The notes under the pieces: model-generated | Told to the model about the DNA's origin: nothing | The model's database searches: none | The model's input: the letters and a program-made list of their open reading frames with translations, nothing else | NCBI GenBank assembly: GCA_964242065.1 | Contig: CAXTBQ010000002.1 | Coordinates: 22,697-86,696 of the forward strand | DNA length: 64,000 nt | Origin: an uncultured Terriglobus sp. | GTDB lineage: Bacteria > Acidobacteriota > Terriglobia > Terriglobales > Acidobacteriaceae | Direction of reading: 5' to 3' | In this document: piece by piece, positions 29,011 to 37,352 of the stretch | How the letters are laid out: each line of letters begins with the position of its first letter | Numbering within the stretch: position 1 is the first letter of the stretch | Program-made: the position numbers and the translations under genes

Positions 29011-30624
29011 TCAACTACGCTGACGGATTACTGTTCGGAACCCCCCTGCAGAATGGGGAACGTATGGGTACATCAGGTTACGCGTGCTACAACGTAAACA
29101 GTAGTCGAAGTAATACCAAGCTCCGCCTCGAACTACTCTCCGAACGTCGCTCGGGGCATCGAGATTTTCTCTGCCATCCTCTGCAACGTAGGGGTAAGCA
29201 AATTCAGGGCTAGCTCCGTTCCTTCCCCAGAGGCTGCGTGTCCATTCCCAGACGTTACCAGCCATGTCCGCAACGCCGTATGGACTAGCACATTCATGGT
29301 TATGAATTCCCACCTCGCTAGGGTGAGGTGGACCATTGTCGCGATAGTTTACACACGTTCGTATGAATTCATTACCCCACGGGTACACTCTGCCGTTTAT
29401 GCCACGCGCTGCCTTCTCCCACTCTGCTTCTGAAGGTAACGTAATTTCTTCGTCCGGCCGTATCAGCTTTTGTTGCTTTGCAACTTCAGTTAGCCAATTG
29501 CAGTATTCAAGAGCTTCATACCATGTGATGTATGTTTTTGGTAGATTTCTGTCAATACTTATATCTTCAGGGAAACCTGGCGTCGTACTCTTTTTGTAAA
29601 GAGTCCAATCGCGTGTCGTTACCGGCACCCGTGCAATTCTGAAATCGGGCAGGTACAAGGAATGTTGCGGCTGCTCTTCTGGTAGCGAGTGCGCGTCAGA
29701 TTGCTTCTGTGAACCCATAACGAAGCTTCCAGCCGGAACAGTGCAATACCTTCGTAGAAAGTGCGGAAGCCCTGAAGAAGGAAGATGGACTGAAACTCTG
29801 GGCCTAGACTTTTTCGCTGCAGACTGCAGTCGATCAGCAGCACACCGCACATTTACATCGGGGTCGCAAGCTGCAAAATAAAAGTTAAGGAAATTCGCCT
29901 CTGCGGAAGAATCGAGATTGGCTCTATAGTATTGAAGCTCGTTTATGCCGTCCTCGCGTGAACCACTATTCGGCGACAGCAGATTGTGGTCTAGGCTTCT
30001 TAACACGCCGCTGCCATCCACGTTGCTTTCAAATGTAATAGGAAGCATGTGGCTTGTTTCTGTTCTGCATGAACGCAGCTTATGCCGAGATTTCCAAAGG
30101 TCTATAAGATTGTCAACACTGATCTGAGGAATGTAACGCAGTGATTCTAAAAGCAAATCAATCATAGAGCCACTATCGCTGCAAACCCGCTCGCAAACTA
30201 GCTTGTCATGGCTGTCCTTTGTTACTACGAGTAGCGCGTGGCTATTTGGCAGCAGCTGCTCCACCAAGAAACATGTGAGGTAAGGGACCGTGGCCACAAA
30301 GTTCAGAAGATCGACTTGAGACTTACCACTGTTCTTTGCTGAAGTAGCCGTCACTAAAAAATAGCGATCGCGAAACTCAACGACGGGACCAAAGTAAAAT
30401 CCGACGATCGGTGATGCTTGCGCAACACGTTGAACTCTGCTTAGGAAATCTGTAGGGCGATGGACATCAATAGATTCCGTGCTGATGACATCGTGTCCTC
30501 TCTCCTTCCGCCTTATAGTGCTTGACAAGCGTTTTGCTAAACGATCTCTGCTGCGCAAATCAGCTTCCGAGAGCAACGCACTTCGGGGCGCGAAAATCAC
30601 GGCTTTGGCATCATTGATCTTCAT
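29011..30624 (-). CDS. FGE-sulfatase (SUMF1/C-type lectin fold) domain protein with an unassigned N-terminal alpha/beta domain
   Basis: VPAGSFVMGS, EQPQH, PVTT, LPSEAEWEKAARG, YPWGN, DMAGNVWEWT, RVVRGGAW, GFR; no signal peptide. Confidence 0.88.
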   Translation of the reverse strand: MKINDAKAVIFAPRSALLSEADLRSRDRLAKRLSSTIRRKERGHDVISTESIDVHRPTDFLSRVQRVAQASPIVGFYFGPVVEFRDRYFLVTATSAKNSGKSQVDLLNFVATVPYLTCFLVEQLLPNSHALLVVTKDSHDKLVCERVCSDSGSMIDLLLESLRYIPQISVDNLIDLWKSRHKLRSCRTETSHMLPITFESNVDGSGVLRSLDHNLLSPNSGSREDGINELQYYRANLDSSAEANFLNFYFAACDPDVNVRCAADRLQSAAKKSRPRVSVHLPSSGLPHFLRRYCTVPAGSFVMGSQKQSDAHSLPEEQPQHSLYLPDFRIARVPVTTRDWTLYKKSTTPGFPEDISIDRNLPKTYITWYEALEYCNWLTEVAKQQKLIRPDEEITLPSEAEWEKAARGINGRVYPWGNEFIRTCVNYRDNGPPHPSEVGIHNHECASPYGVADMAGNVWEWTRSLWGRNGASPEFAYPYVAEDGRENLDAPSDVRRVVRGGAWYYFDYCLRCSTRNLMYPYVPHSAGGFRTVIRQRS

Positions 30625-31390
30625 ACGATTCCGGTAGTTCCCGTTGAAGGAGGTCCTTCAATTTGAGAACTAGATGCGAATCTGTTCTGCCCAGGTATCG
30701 GCCACCATTTATTGCGAGGTCTAATGCCGTGTTGCCAGCAAGCACAAGTAGTAGCGCGAGGTTTGCGTTCTTTGACAAGTGCTGCAATTCTTGCCAGTGA
30801 TGTGGGAAAACCCCCAGTATCGTCAAGAAACCCACTACTACAAGAGTGAGAAATGAATTAGCTACTCCGAGTCGTACGGCGGAGCGTGCGTTCTCAGTGG
30901 CTTTGGAGGCTCCGAAACGAATACCTACTACAGCCCAACAGACGTCGGCGGCTAAGACTGCAAGGATGATTATCCCTACAATCGTGTTATATCCAATGAA
31001 AAATGACATGTATGTCAAAGCGAAAGCATTAACCAGCAAGATCAGGGCATCGCTTATAGCGATCCTTCCCCGCTTCCGGTGCCTGTATGCCTTCCAGTAG
31101 GCCATGTCCCCAAAGAAGAAGCGTGCTATAAAGATCAGTACTACGAGGAACAACAGAGAATCGTACCAGCCGACGTTCTCAAGCTTTACAGCGTAACCTC
31201 CAGGGCTATCCAGCTTGAATTGGATCTGACGCTGTGCAAGGGACCTGAAACAGTTCCCAATCGCCAAAGCGATTATTATCTTGTACAGATCAATAAAGGT
31301 GTCAACTGCATCCCTGAAGAGTTGCGGTGCATGGGATTCCTGATTGTGACGGAGGTCCTCTAACGACTGAGCTTGCGGCTCTTCTGACAT
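30611..31390 (-). CDS. Hypothetical ~6-TM membrane protein
   Basis: 259-aa ORF with six hydrophobic stretches; GAGG upstream; overlaps the next gene by 14 nt. Confidence 0.78.
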   Translation of the reverse strand: MSEEPQAQSLEDLRHNQESHAPQLFRDAVDTFIDLYKIIIALAIGNCFRSLAQRQIQFKLDSPGGYAVKLENVGWYDSLLFLVVLIFIARFFFGDMAYWKAYRHRKRGRIAISDALILLVNAFALTYMSFFIGYNTIVGIIILAVLAADVCWAVVGIRFGASKATENARSAVRLGVANSFLTLVVVGFLTILGVFPHHWQELQHLSKNANLALLLVLAGNTALDLAINGGRYLGRTDSHLVLKLKDLLQRELPESYEDQ

Positions 31391-31460
31391 CCGGCTGTCC
31401 TCGCTTATGAGTTGTCGATGGTCCGGAAATGTTACCTGAAGGAACGGACCTCTGACGTTC

Positions 31461-32237
31461 TTAATGTGAAGACCACGTTTTGTCGCCCGAGTTGCAGAGG
31501 GTTTCGAGGGAGCAGTCGGCGCATTTGGGTTTGCGGGCTTCGCAGATTTGGCGGCCGTGGTGGATGAGCTGGTGCGAGAAGTCGATCCAGCGGTCCTGCG
31601 GGATGAGGCTCATCAGGTCGCGCTCGACCTTGACCGGGTCTTCGTTCGTGGTCAGTTCCAGGCGGCGGCTCAGGCGCAGGACGTGCGTGTCCACCACCAC
31701 GCCGCTGGCGATGCGGTACCAGGAGCCGAGCACCACGTTGCTGGTTTTGCGGGCCGCGCCGGGGATGCGCAGCATCTCGTCCATGGTCTGCGGCACCGCG
31801 CCGCCGAACTCTTCCGTGACCACCTTGGCCGCGCCCACCAGCGACTTCGACTTCTGCCGGAAGAAGCTGAGCGAACCGATGATGGGCTGGATGGCTTCGG
31901 GCGTGGCCTGCGCCATGTCGCGCGGCGTGGGGAAGGCGTGAAAGAGCGCGGGCGTCACCATGTTCACCCGCGCGTCGGTGCACTGGGCGGAGAGGATGGT
32001 GGCCACCGTCAGCTCCCACGCGTTGCGGTGGTGCAGGGCGCAGACGGCGTCTGGGTAGGTCTGCTGCAGTGCGTCCAGTATGGCGGCGATGCGCTCGGGC
32101 GCGAGTGGCTTCTTGGTCTTGCCGGACTTGCGCTTGGGTGAGGTGGGTTCGCCGGCGGCGATCTGCCGCGCGCGGACGCCCCTGGCAGCGGCTTGGTCCG
32201 TCTTCGCCGTCCCCTGGCGTTTTGCTGCTGCAGGCAT
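31461..32237 (-). CDS. nth: Endonuclease III
   Basis: LSAQCTDARVN, HhH IPGAARKTSNVV, VDTHV, CEARKPKCADC...C Fe-S motif. Confidence 0.96.
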   Translation of the reverse strand: MPAAAKRQGTAKTDQAAARGVRARQIAAGEPTSPKRKSGKTKKPLAPERIAAILDALQQTYPDAVCALHHRNAWELTVATILSAQCTDARVNMVTPALFHAFPTPRDMAQATPEAIQPIIGSLSFFRQKSKSLVGAAKVVTEEFGGAVPQTMDEMLRIPGAARKTSNVVLGSWYRIASGVVVDTHVLRLSRRLELTTNEDPVKVERDLMSLIPQDRWIDFSHQLIHHGRQICEARKPKCADCSLETLCNSGDKTWSSH

Positions 32238-32397
32238 GCTTTCCGGCTCCCCTGTTTGTCAACCCCCAAATTGCGCATGATCAAACATCCGAGTTACCGT
32301 GCGCAGTTTGTGAGTGGTTCAGGCATGTGTTTTGGTGCTGCACGAACGCGTTTTAAGCGTGAAATGTGCAGCCTAAAACACGCTTTTTGCGCACTGT

Positions 32398-33210
32398 TTA
32401 GCCCAGCCGATCCAGCATTTCCGCAGGCTGCAGACGAACGCACGAGAAGATCGGGAAGTCCTTCAACGTGTACAGGGAGATCTCCGTCTCGCGCAACTGC
32501 TGCACCAGGTCCACGAAGTCCTCGGGGAAGTTGGTCTCGAAGGCGACCACAAACTCCTGGTCGTCGATGCCGAAGGAGTAGGTGGTGTTGAGCTTGACCC
32601 GTGGGAAGGCAAGGCCCACGCGAATGTGCTCGTCCATCAGCCGTTTGCGCTCCGCCAGCGAGAGCAGGTACCAGGGGCGAGTCTTCCAGAAGGGATAGAT
32701 AAATATGTACTTATGGCCACCCGGACGAATCGCGCCGCGGCCTTCGCCTTCGCTCTCGTCCTCTCGATCAATCTGATATTGCGATCGCTTGGTCATCGAA
32801 AGGAAGTGGTGCGGCGTCTCCAGGTAGCCGCCGAGCGGCGTCGCCAGCAGTTCGGACCGCATGCGGTTCATTTCTTCCACGGAGTAACAGATGGACCAGA
32901 CGCACATGTCTGTGTCGCCGCGCGTGCCCACGGTGGAGTAGGTCAGCGAGAGGAACTCGCCGGGCTTGTTCCAACGTTTGATGACCTCGACAAACGCGGC
33001 CTTGTGGGCGGCCTTCTCCGCAGCGGGGAGGCGTTTCCACTCGGGCAGCACCTTGTAGAACGAGAAGGCCACGATCTGCCTCTTGACCGGTGCGCCGCCG
33101 TGCGCGGCAGGCGCTGAGCCATAGCCGGTCTGAGGGCGTGCGCTCGCAGCTTCTGGAGTGGGCGTTACGGTGTGCGTGGAAATCGTTTCGGGTGTCGCAG
33201 TCTCAGCCAT
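32398..33210 (-). CDS. hemQ: Chlorite dismutase-family protein, probably coproheme decarboxylase (ChdC/HemQ)
   Basis: YPFWKTRPWY, MDEHIRVG proximal His, LNTTYSFGIDDQEFVV; no distal Arg as in true Cld. Confidence 0.75.
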   Translation of the reverse strand: MAETATPETISTHTVTPTPEAASARPQTGYGSAPAAHGGAPVKRQIVAFSFYKVLPEWKRLPAAEKAAHKAAFVEVIKRWNKPGEFLSLTYSTVGTRGDTDMCVWSICYSVEEMNRMRSELLATPLGGYLETPHHFLSMTKRSQYQIDREDESEGEGRGAIRPGGHKYIFIYPFWKTRPWYLLSLAERKRLMDEHIRVGLAFPRVKLNTTYSFGIDDQEFVVAFETNFPEDFVDLVQQLRETEISLYTLKDFPIFSCVRLQPAEMLDRLG

Positions 33211-33280
33211 GACATCAAGGATAAAAGCCTCAACAGGCGGCGGCAAGCAGCGTGGCAGATATACTCGTGCAGAACCCGCG

Positions 33281-33925
33281 ATGACTGAAAAAATCATCAA
33301 CTTCCTTCTGCCGTACATCACCGGCCTGATCTCGGCCATAGGCTATCCCGGCATAGCGCTCCTCATGGCTATCGAGTCTGCGTGCATCCCGCTGCCAAGC
33401 GAGATCATCATGCCGTTTGCCGGCTACGTGGTGTACCAGGGCAAGATGAATTTGTTCCTGGCTGCGACCGCCGGTGCAATCGGGTGCAATCTGGGTTCCG
33501 TGGTCGCCTATTGGATCGGCGCGTATGGCGGCAGGCCTCTGGTGGAAAAATTCGGCCGCTATGTGTTGATGAGCCACCGCGATCTGGACCGCGTGGACCA
33601 CTACTTTCAGAAGTACGGCGACATTACGGTGCTGATCGGTCGGCTGCTGCCGGTCGTTCGCACGTTCATCGCTTTACCCGCCGGTATTGCACGGATGCCG
33701 CAGTTACGCTTCCATGTCTACACCTTCATCGGCTCATGGCCTTGGTGCTTTGCGCTTGCCTACGTCGGCATGAAGGCGGGTGCAAGCTGGAATGATCCGA
33801 ACAGTCCGTTGAAGCACATCCTGCACAAGGCCGATGCGGCCATCCTGTTACTGCTGGTGGCGGGGATTGTTTGGTTTCTGTGGTCGCACCTGCGGCATCG
33901 CGACCCGGAAGGCGCGGCTGCGTAG
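33281..33925 (+). CDS. DedA-family membrane protein
   Basis: ESACIPLPSEIIMPFAG, GRLLPVVRTFIALPAG. Confidence 0.93.
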   Translation: MTEKIINFLLPYITGLISAIGYPGIALLMAIESACIPLPSEIIMPFAGYVVYQGKMNLFLAATAGAIGCNLGSVVAYWIGAYGGRPLVEKFGRYVLMSHRDLDRVDHYFQKYGDITVLIGRLLPVVRTFIALPAGIARMPQLRFHVYTFIGSWPWCFALAYVGMKAGASWNDPNSPLKHILHKADAAILLLLVAGIVWFLWSHLRHRDPEGAAA

Positions 33926-33991
33926 CAGCAGATTAGGGTCACATCGCGCAAAGCGGCATGAGGTGGTTTTTTTCTGAGGGGAAATAGCCTT

Positions 33992-34768
33992 CTACTTGCC
34001 TCGTGGCTGGGCGGCGTCACTCAGCAGGACGATGTCCACGCGCCGATTCTGCGCCCGTCCCTGCTCCGTTTCATTTTCCGCGACAGGGTGGAACTCACCA
34101 TAACCCGCAAGCGCAAAGTTTTCTGGTGCAACAGAACTTTCACGCAACAGCACTCCCGCGATCGCAGCTGCCCTGGCGGTCGAAAGCTCCCAGTTTGAGC
34201 GGAACCTATCCGTGTGGATAGGCTGGTTATCCGTGTGTCCTTCCACTCGCAGGCGGCCGTGTGGCAGTGAGGCGGCAATCTGCGTGAGCAGCGGTATCGC
34301 GTCAGGCCGAACATCGGCAGAACCAGAACCAAAGAAGCCTGCGCTATACAGCGATAGAGTGAGGTTATCGCCTGCCTTGTGCACGTTGAGCAAGCCCTTC
34401 TTCACTGCGGGCTCGAGGGAATGCTCCATGGCCTCGCGTGACGCTTCGGAACCGCCCGCCATACCTTTGCCTGGACCTTTGCCCGTTTGGCCTGTGGGCG
34501 TTTCGATGGGCAGCTCCAGCGGCTCTGGCTTACCAAGAGATGTGCCCGCGCCGGGTGCCAGCGGCGGCGTTTCTGCGTGCGCGTCGAAGATGCCTTTCTG
34601 CTGAAAGGCGGTCTGCATGGCCTGCGCCATCTTTGCCGTCTTCTTCTTATCGCTTACGGATGAGGCGAACAACACGACGAAAAACGCGAACAGCAGGGTC
34701 AACAGGTCAGCGTAGGATACGAGCCATCGCTCATGGTTTACGTGTTCTGCATGCTTCTTTTTGCCCAT
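33992..34768 (-). CDS. motB: Flagellar stator protein MotB
   Basis: WLVSYADLLTLLFAFFV, VEGHTDN, SNWELSTARA, NRRVDI. Confidence 0.95.
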   Translation of the reverse strand: MGKKKHAEHVNHERWLVSYADLLTLLFAFFVVLFASSVSDKKKTAKMAQAMQTAFQQKGIFDAHAETPPLAPGAGTSLGKPEPLELPIETPTGQTGKGPGKGMAGGSEASREAMEHSLEPAVKKGLLNVHKAGDNLTLSLYSAGFFGSGSADVRPDAIPLLTQIAASLPHGRLRVEGHTDNQPIHTDRFRSNWELSTARAAAIAGVLLRESSVAPENFALAGYGEFHPVAENETEQGRAQNRRVDIVLLSDAAQPRGK

Positions 34769-34770
34769 GG

Positions 34771-35535
34771 TCAGGCCGCCTTGGGAGCGTGATCGCTCGA
34801 GAGGAAGGTGCGCAGTTTGGTCTCGATCATGCGCGGGTTCAGGCCTTCAAGAATGCTGATGACGCCTTCGAGCATCATCTCGCGCAGCATGACGTGTTCC
34901 TTGTGCCGGATCTTGAGCTTGCCCGCGGCGGGCAGGCAGAACAGGTTTGACAAAGCAACACCGTAGATGGTCGCAACGAAGGCGACCGCGATGCCTTTGC
35001 CGACCTCATCGATGTTGTCCAGGTGCTGCATGACTTGGATGAGTCCCAGCACAGCTCCGATGATGCCGACCGTAGGTGCAAAGCCGCCGGCTGACTCAAA
35101 CACTTGCGGGATCTTTTCTTCCATCTCTGATTTGTTGTCGATTTCAAGCTGCATGATTTTGCGGACTTCAGAGGACTCTGTGCCGTCCACCGCAAGCATC
35201 AGGCCCTGCTTCAAAAAGGAGTCTTCTACTTTTGCAAGTTCACTGTCGAGCGAGACGATGCCGCTCTTGCGAGCCTTGTTTGCAAACGCGACGATCTGTA
35301 GAAGAGTCTTCTCCGCGTCTGCTCCTTTGTGCATAAAAACACCCATCACGCCCTTGAGTGCGGCTAGAAAGATGTTGAGGGGAAACTGCACCATGACTGC
35401 ACCGGCAGTGCCACCTACCACGATCATGGCGGCAGTCAGCTGCGTGACCTGCCCCATCTTGCCGCCTTCCATCATCATGGCGCCGAGAATTGCGACCAGG
35501 GCAAGGGTTATCCCGGCGATGCTTGCGATGTCCAT
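34771..35535 (-). CDS. motA: Flagellar stator protein MotA
   Basis: IVVGGT, ARKSGIVSL, APTVGIIGAVLGLI, AFVATIYG. Confidence 0.95.
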   Translation of the reverse strand: MDIASIAGITLALVAILGAMMMEGGKMGQVTQLTAAMIVVGGTAGAVMVQFPLNIFLAALKGVMGVFMHKGADAEKTLLQIVAFANKARKSGIVSLDSELAKVEDSFLKQGLMLAVDGTESSEVRKIMQLEIDNKSEMEEKIPQVFESAGGFAPTVGIIGAVLGLIQVMQHLDNIDEVGKGIAVAFVATIYGVALSNLFCLPAAGKLKIRHKEHVMLREMMLEGVISILEGLNPRMIETKLRTFLSSDHAPKAA

Positions 35536-35556
35536 AAGCGTGTCGTTTCCTCAGGT

Positions 35557-35802
35557 CTATTCAGCGTGCGTGTTGCAGGCGTTTCGTGCTGCCGTGGCTG
35601 TCATCGCAGAAGGCCAGGCGTGTTGCATGACAGAGGCGCGGTAACGCAGCGTTCGTGTCAGCACGTCAGCGCACGATTCCAGCACGACGAGCTTCTCACC
35701 CGTGACCAGGGTGAGCGTGGTGTCCGGTATGGCTTCCGCGTGCTTGATGAGGTCGCTGTTAACAAGCAGCGGATGACCATTCAGTCGTGTGAGCTCAATC
35801 AT
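35557..35802 (-). CDS. flbD: Flagellar FlbD/SwrD-family protein
   Basis: MIELTRLNG...NSDLIKHAEAIPDTTLTLVTGEKLVVLES; directly upstream of motA. Confidence 0.9.
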   Translation of the reverse strand: MIELTRLNGHPLLVNSDLIKHAEAIPDTTLTLVTGEKLVVLESCADVLTRTLRYRASVMQHAWPSAMTATAARNACNTHAE

Positions 35803-35822
35803 TCGGTGTTACTCCGATTGCT

Positions 35823-35850
35823 GTATCGGCGCGGCGCAGCATGCGATGAG
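35823..35850 (-). promoter_or_regulatory. Sigma-28 (FliA)-type promoter for flbD-motAB
   Basis: CTCAT-N15-GCCGATAC. Confidence 0.7.
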
Positions 35851-35933
35851 GTTCCGCAAGGAAGCAACACAAGCTGAAGTGTTATACGTCGGGGCTGCTC
35901 TGAACGTACTGAGATGAAGCAACACAACTTCTA

Positions 35934-35961
35934 CTCATGTGCTATTTCGGAGCGCCGATAG
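35934..35961 (+). promoter_or_regulatory. Sigma-28 (FliA)-type promoter for fliC
   Basis: CTCAT-N15-GCCGATAG. Confidence 0.72.
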
Positions 35962-36028
35962 GGGTTGTGAGCGCCAGGCAAACGGCGTAGAAAATCCATC
36001 TGAAACGCTGAAAAGCAGGAGCGAACGC

Positions 36029-37228
36029 ATGTCCCTTGGGGTACTCAACAATATCTCGGCGATCTACGCGCAGAACAATCTAACCACCACGCAGGCTAAC
36101 CTTTCGAAAACGCTGCAGCAGCTCTCTTCCGGTTCGCGCATCAACTCTGGCGCTGATGACGCAGCCGGCCTTGCAGTTGCCGACGGCCTGGCAGCAAATG
36201 AGACGGCTCTGGCGCAGTCATCGCGAAACGCGAGCGATGCCACCGGATTGTTGCAGACTGCTGATGGCGCGTTGTCGCAGGTGACCACCTTGCTGAACCG
36301 CGCGGTTACTCTGGCCACACAGGCGGCGAACAGCACACTCACCAGCAGCCAGATCTCTTCGGCCAATCAGGAGTACCAGAACATTCTGACGCAGATCAAC
36401 AACATTGGCGCGAAGACGAACTACAACGGTTCTGGCGTCTTCAGCGGTACAGCCAAGACGTTCTTCGTGTCAGACGGAACACTGGCGGGCTCCACCACGT
36501 ACAGTGACACCGTAGGCGTGCTCACCAGCGCCAGCATCGGCACCAGCGCGGCGGTTGCGAGCACTGCCTCCGTCAGCTTGACGGCGGCCACCTCGTCGTC
36601 CAGCAGCGTTGCATCCCACACGACGCTTACACTCGGCGGCACCACACACACGGCATCCGGCACTCTGAGCATTGCAGTGGGCTCCGGCTCGGCGCACTCC
36701 ATTACAGTTGCAGCGGGTACTTCGCTGTCGGCACTCGCGGCGCAGATCAATGGTGATTCCACCTATTCCACGGCGAGCGTCACGGCTGCCTACAACAGCG
36801 GCACAGGTGTACTGACCATCACCGGACCCACCGCAGCAAGCAGCGATCTCGTGACAACTGGAACTGCACTGACCGACACAACGCCGGCCACAGGCGCAGG
36901 CGCAGGCGTCGATTTCACGGCTGCAGGTGTTGCCAGCCTGAGCGGGTCTTCGGCGCAGAACGTGCTGAACGCGCTCACCACTGCCATCGGTGACGTCGCC
37001 TACCAGCGCGGCACTATTGGCGCAAACATCAACCAGCTCTCGTCAGCACAGTCTGTTGCTTCAAACGAGCAAACGAACCTGACAGCGGCCGAAGATAGCA
37101 TCCGTGCTACGGACTATGGTCAAGCAGCCTCAAACTTATCGAAGTATCAGGTGCTGAGCCAGACCGGCATCAGCGCCCTTGCCCAGGCAAACAGTGTGCA
37201 GCAGGAAGTAACCAAGCTGCTCCAGTAG
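36029..37228 (+). CDS. fliC: Flagellin
   Basis: LSSGSRINSGADDAAGL, LQTADGAL, QRGTIGANINQL, ALAQAN...KLLQ. ATG follows AGGAG. Confidence 0.96.
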   Translation: MSLGVLNNISAIYAQNNLTTTQANLSKTLQQLSSGSRINSGADDAAGLAVADGLAANETALAQSSRNASDATGLLQTADGALSQVTTLLNRAVTLATQAANSTLTSSQISSANQEYQNILTQINNIGAKTNYNGSGVFSGTAKTFFVSDGTLAGSTTYSDTVGVLTSASIGTSAAVASTASVSLTAATSSSSSVASHTTLTLGGTTHTASGTLSIAVGSGSAHSITVAAGTSLSALAAQINGDSTYSTASVTAAYNSGTGVLTITGPTAASSDLVTTGTALTDTTPATGAGAGVDFTAAGVASLSGSSAQNVLNALTTAIGDVAYQRGTIGANINQLSSAQSVASNEQTNLTAAEDSIRATDYGQAASNLSKYQVLSQTGISALAQANSVQQEVTKLLQ

Positions 37229-37245
37229 GGCCTTGCGGTGCCTCG

Positions 37246-37279
37246 GCGCGGGCAGATCTCCATCTGCCCGCGCTTTCTT
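37246..37279 (+). terminator. Intrinsic terminator after fliC
   Basis: gcgcgggcagat-ctcc-atctgcccgcgc-tttctt. Confidence 0.8.
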
Positions 37280-37352
37280 ACGCCAGACTAATTTCCTTAG
37301 GAATTACTGGGCTGCAAAGTTGCAACAGCAGCATTCATCAGAGAGGCGCACC

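Larger units (their letters stand above)
28959..31440. other. Low-GC horizontally acquired two-gene insert between DUF4159 and nth
   Basis: Abrupt compositional shift. Hand counts: 22/60 G+C at 29521-29580 versus 45/60 at 28261-28320 and 43/60 at 31741-31800. No integrase or transposase. Confidence 0.8.

Noticed and set aside
29011-29200. FGE-sulfatase C-terminus as a diversity-generating retroelement variable region
   Set aside because: No reverse transcriptase, avd gene or template repeat seen in the window. A remote DGR cannot be excluded.
28959-31460. Target-site duplication or att sites around the low-GC insert
   Set aside because: Only a 7-nt gtcgatg match near both ends, which is expected by chance. 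No tRNA or recombinase.
32398-33210. True chlorite dismutase implying chlorate respiration
   Set aside because: Lacks the distal Arg and a signal peptide; motifs fit coproheme decarboxylase.
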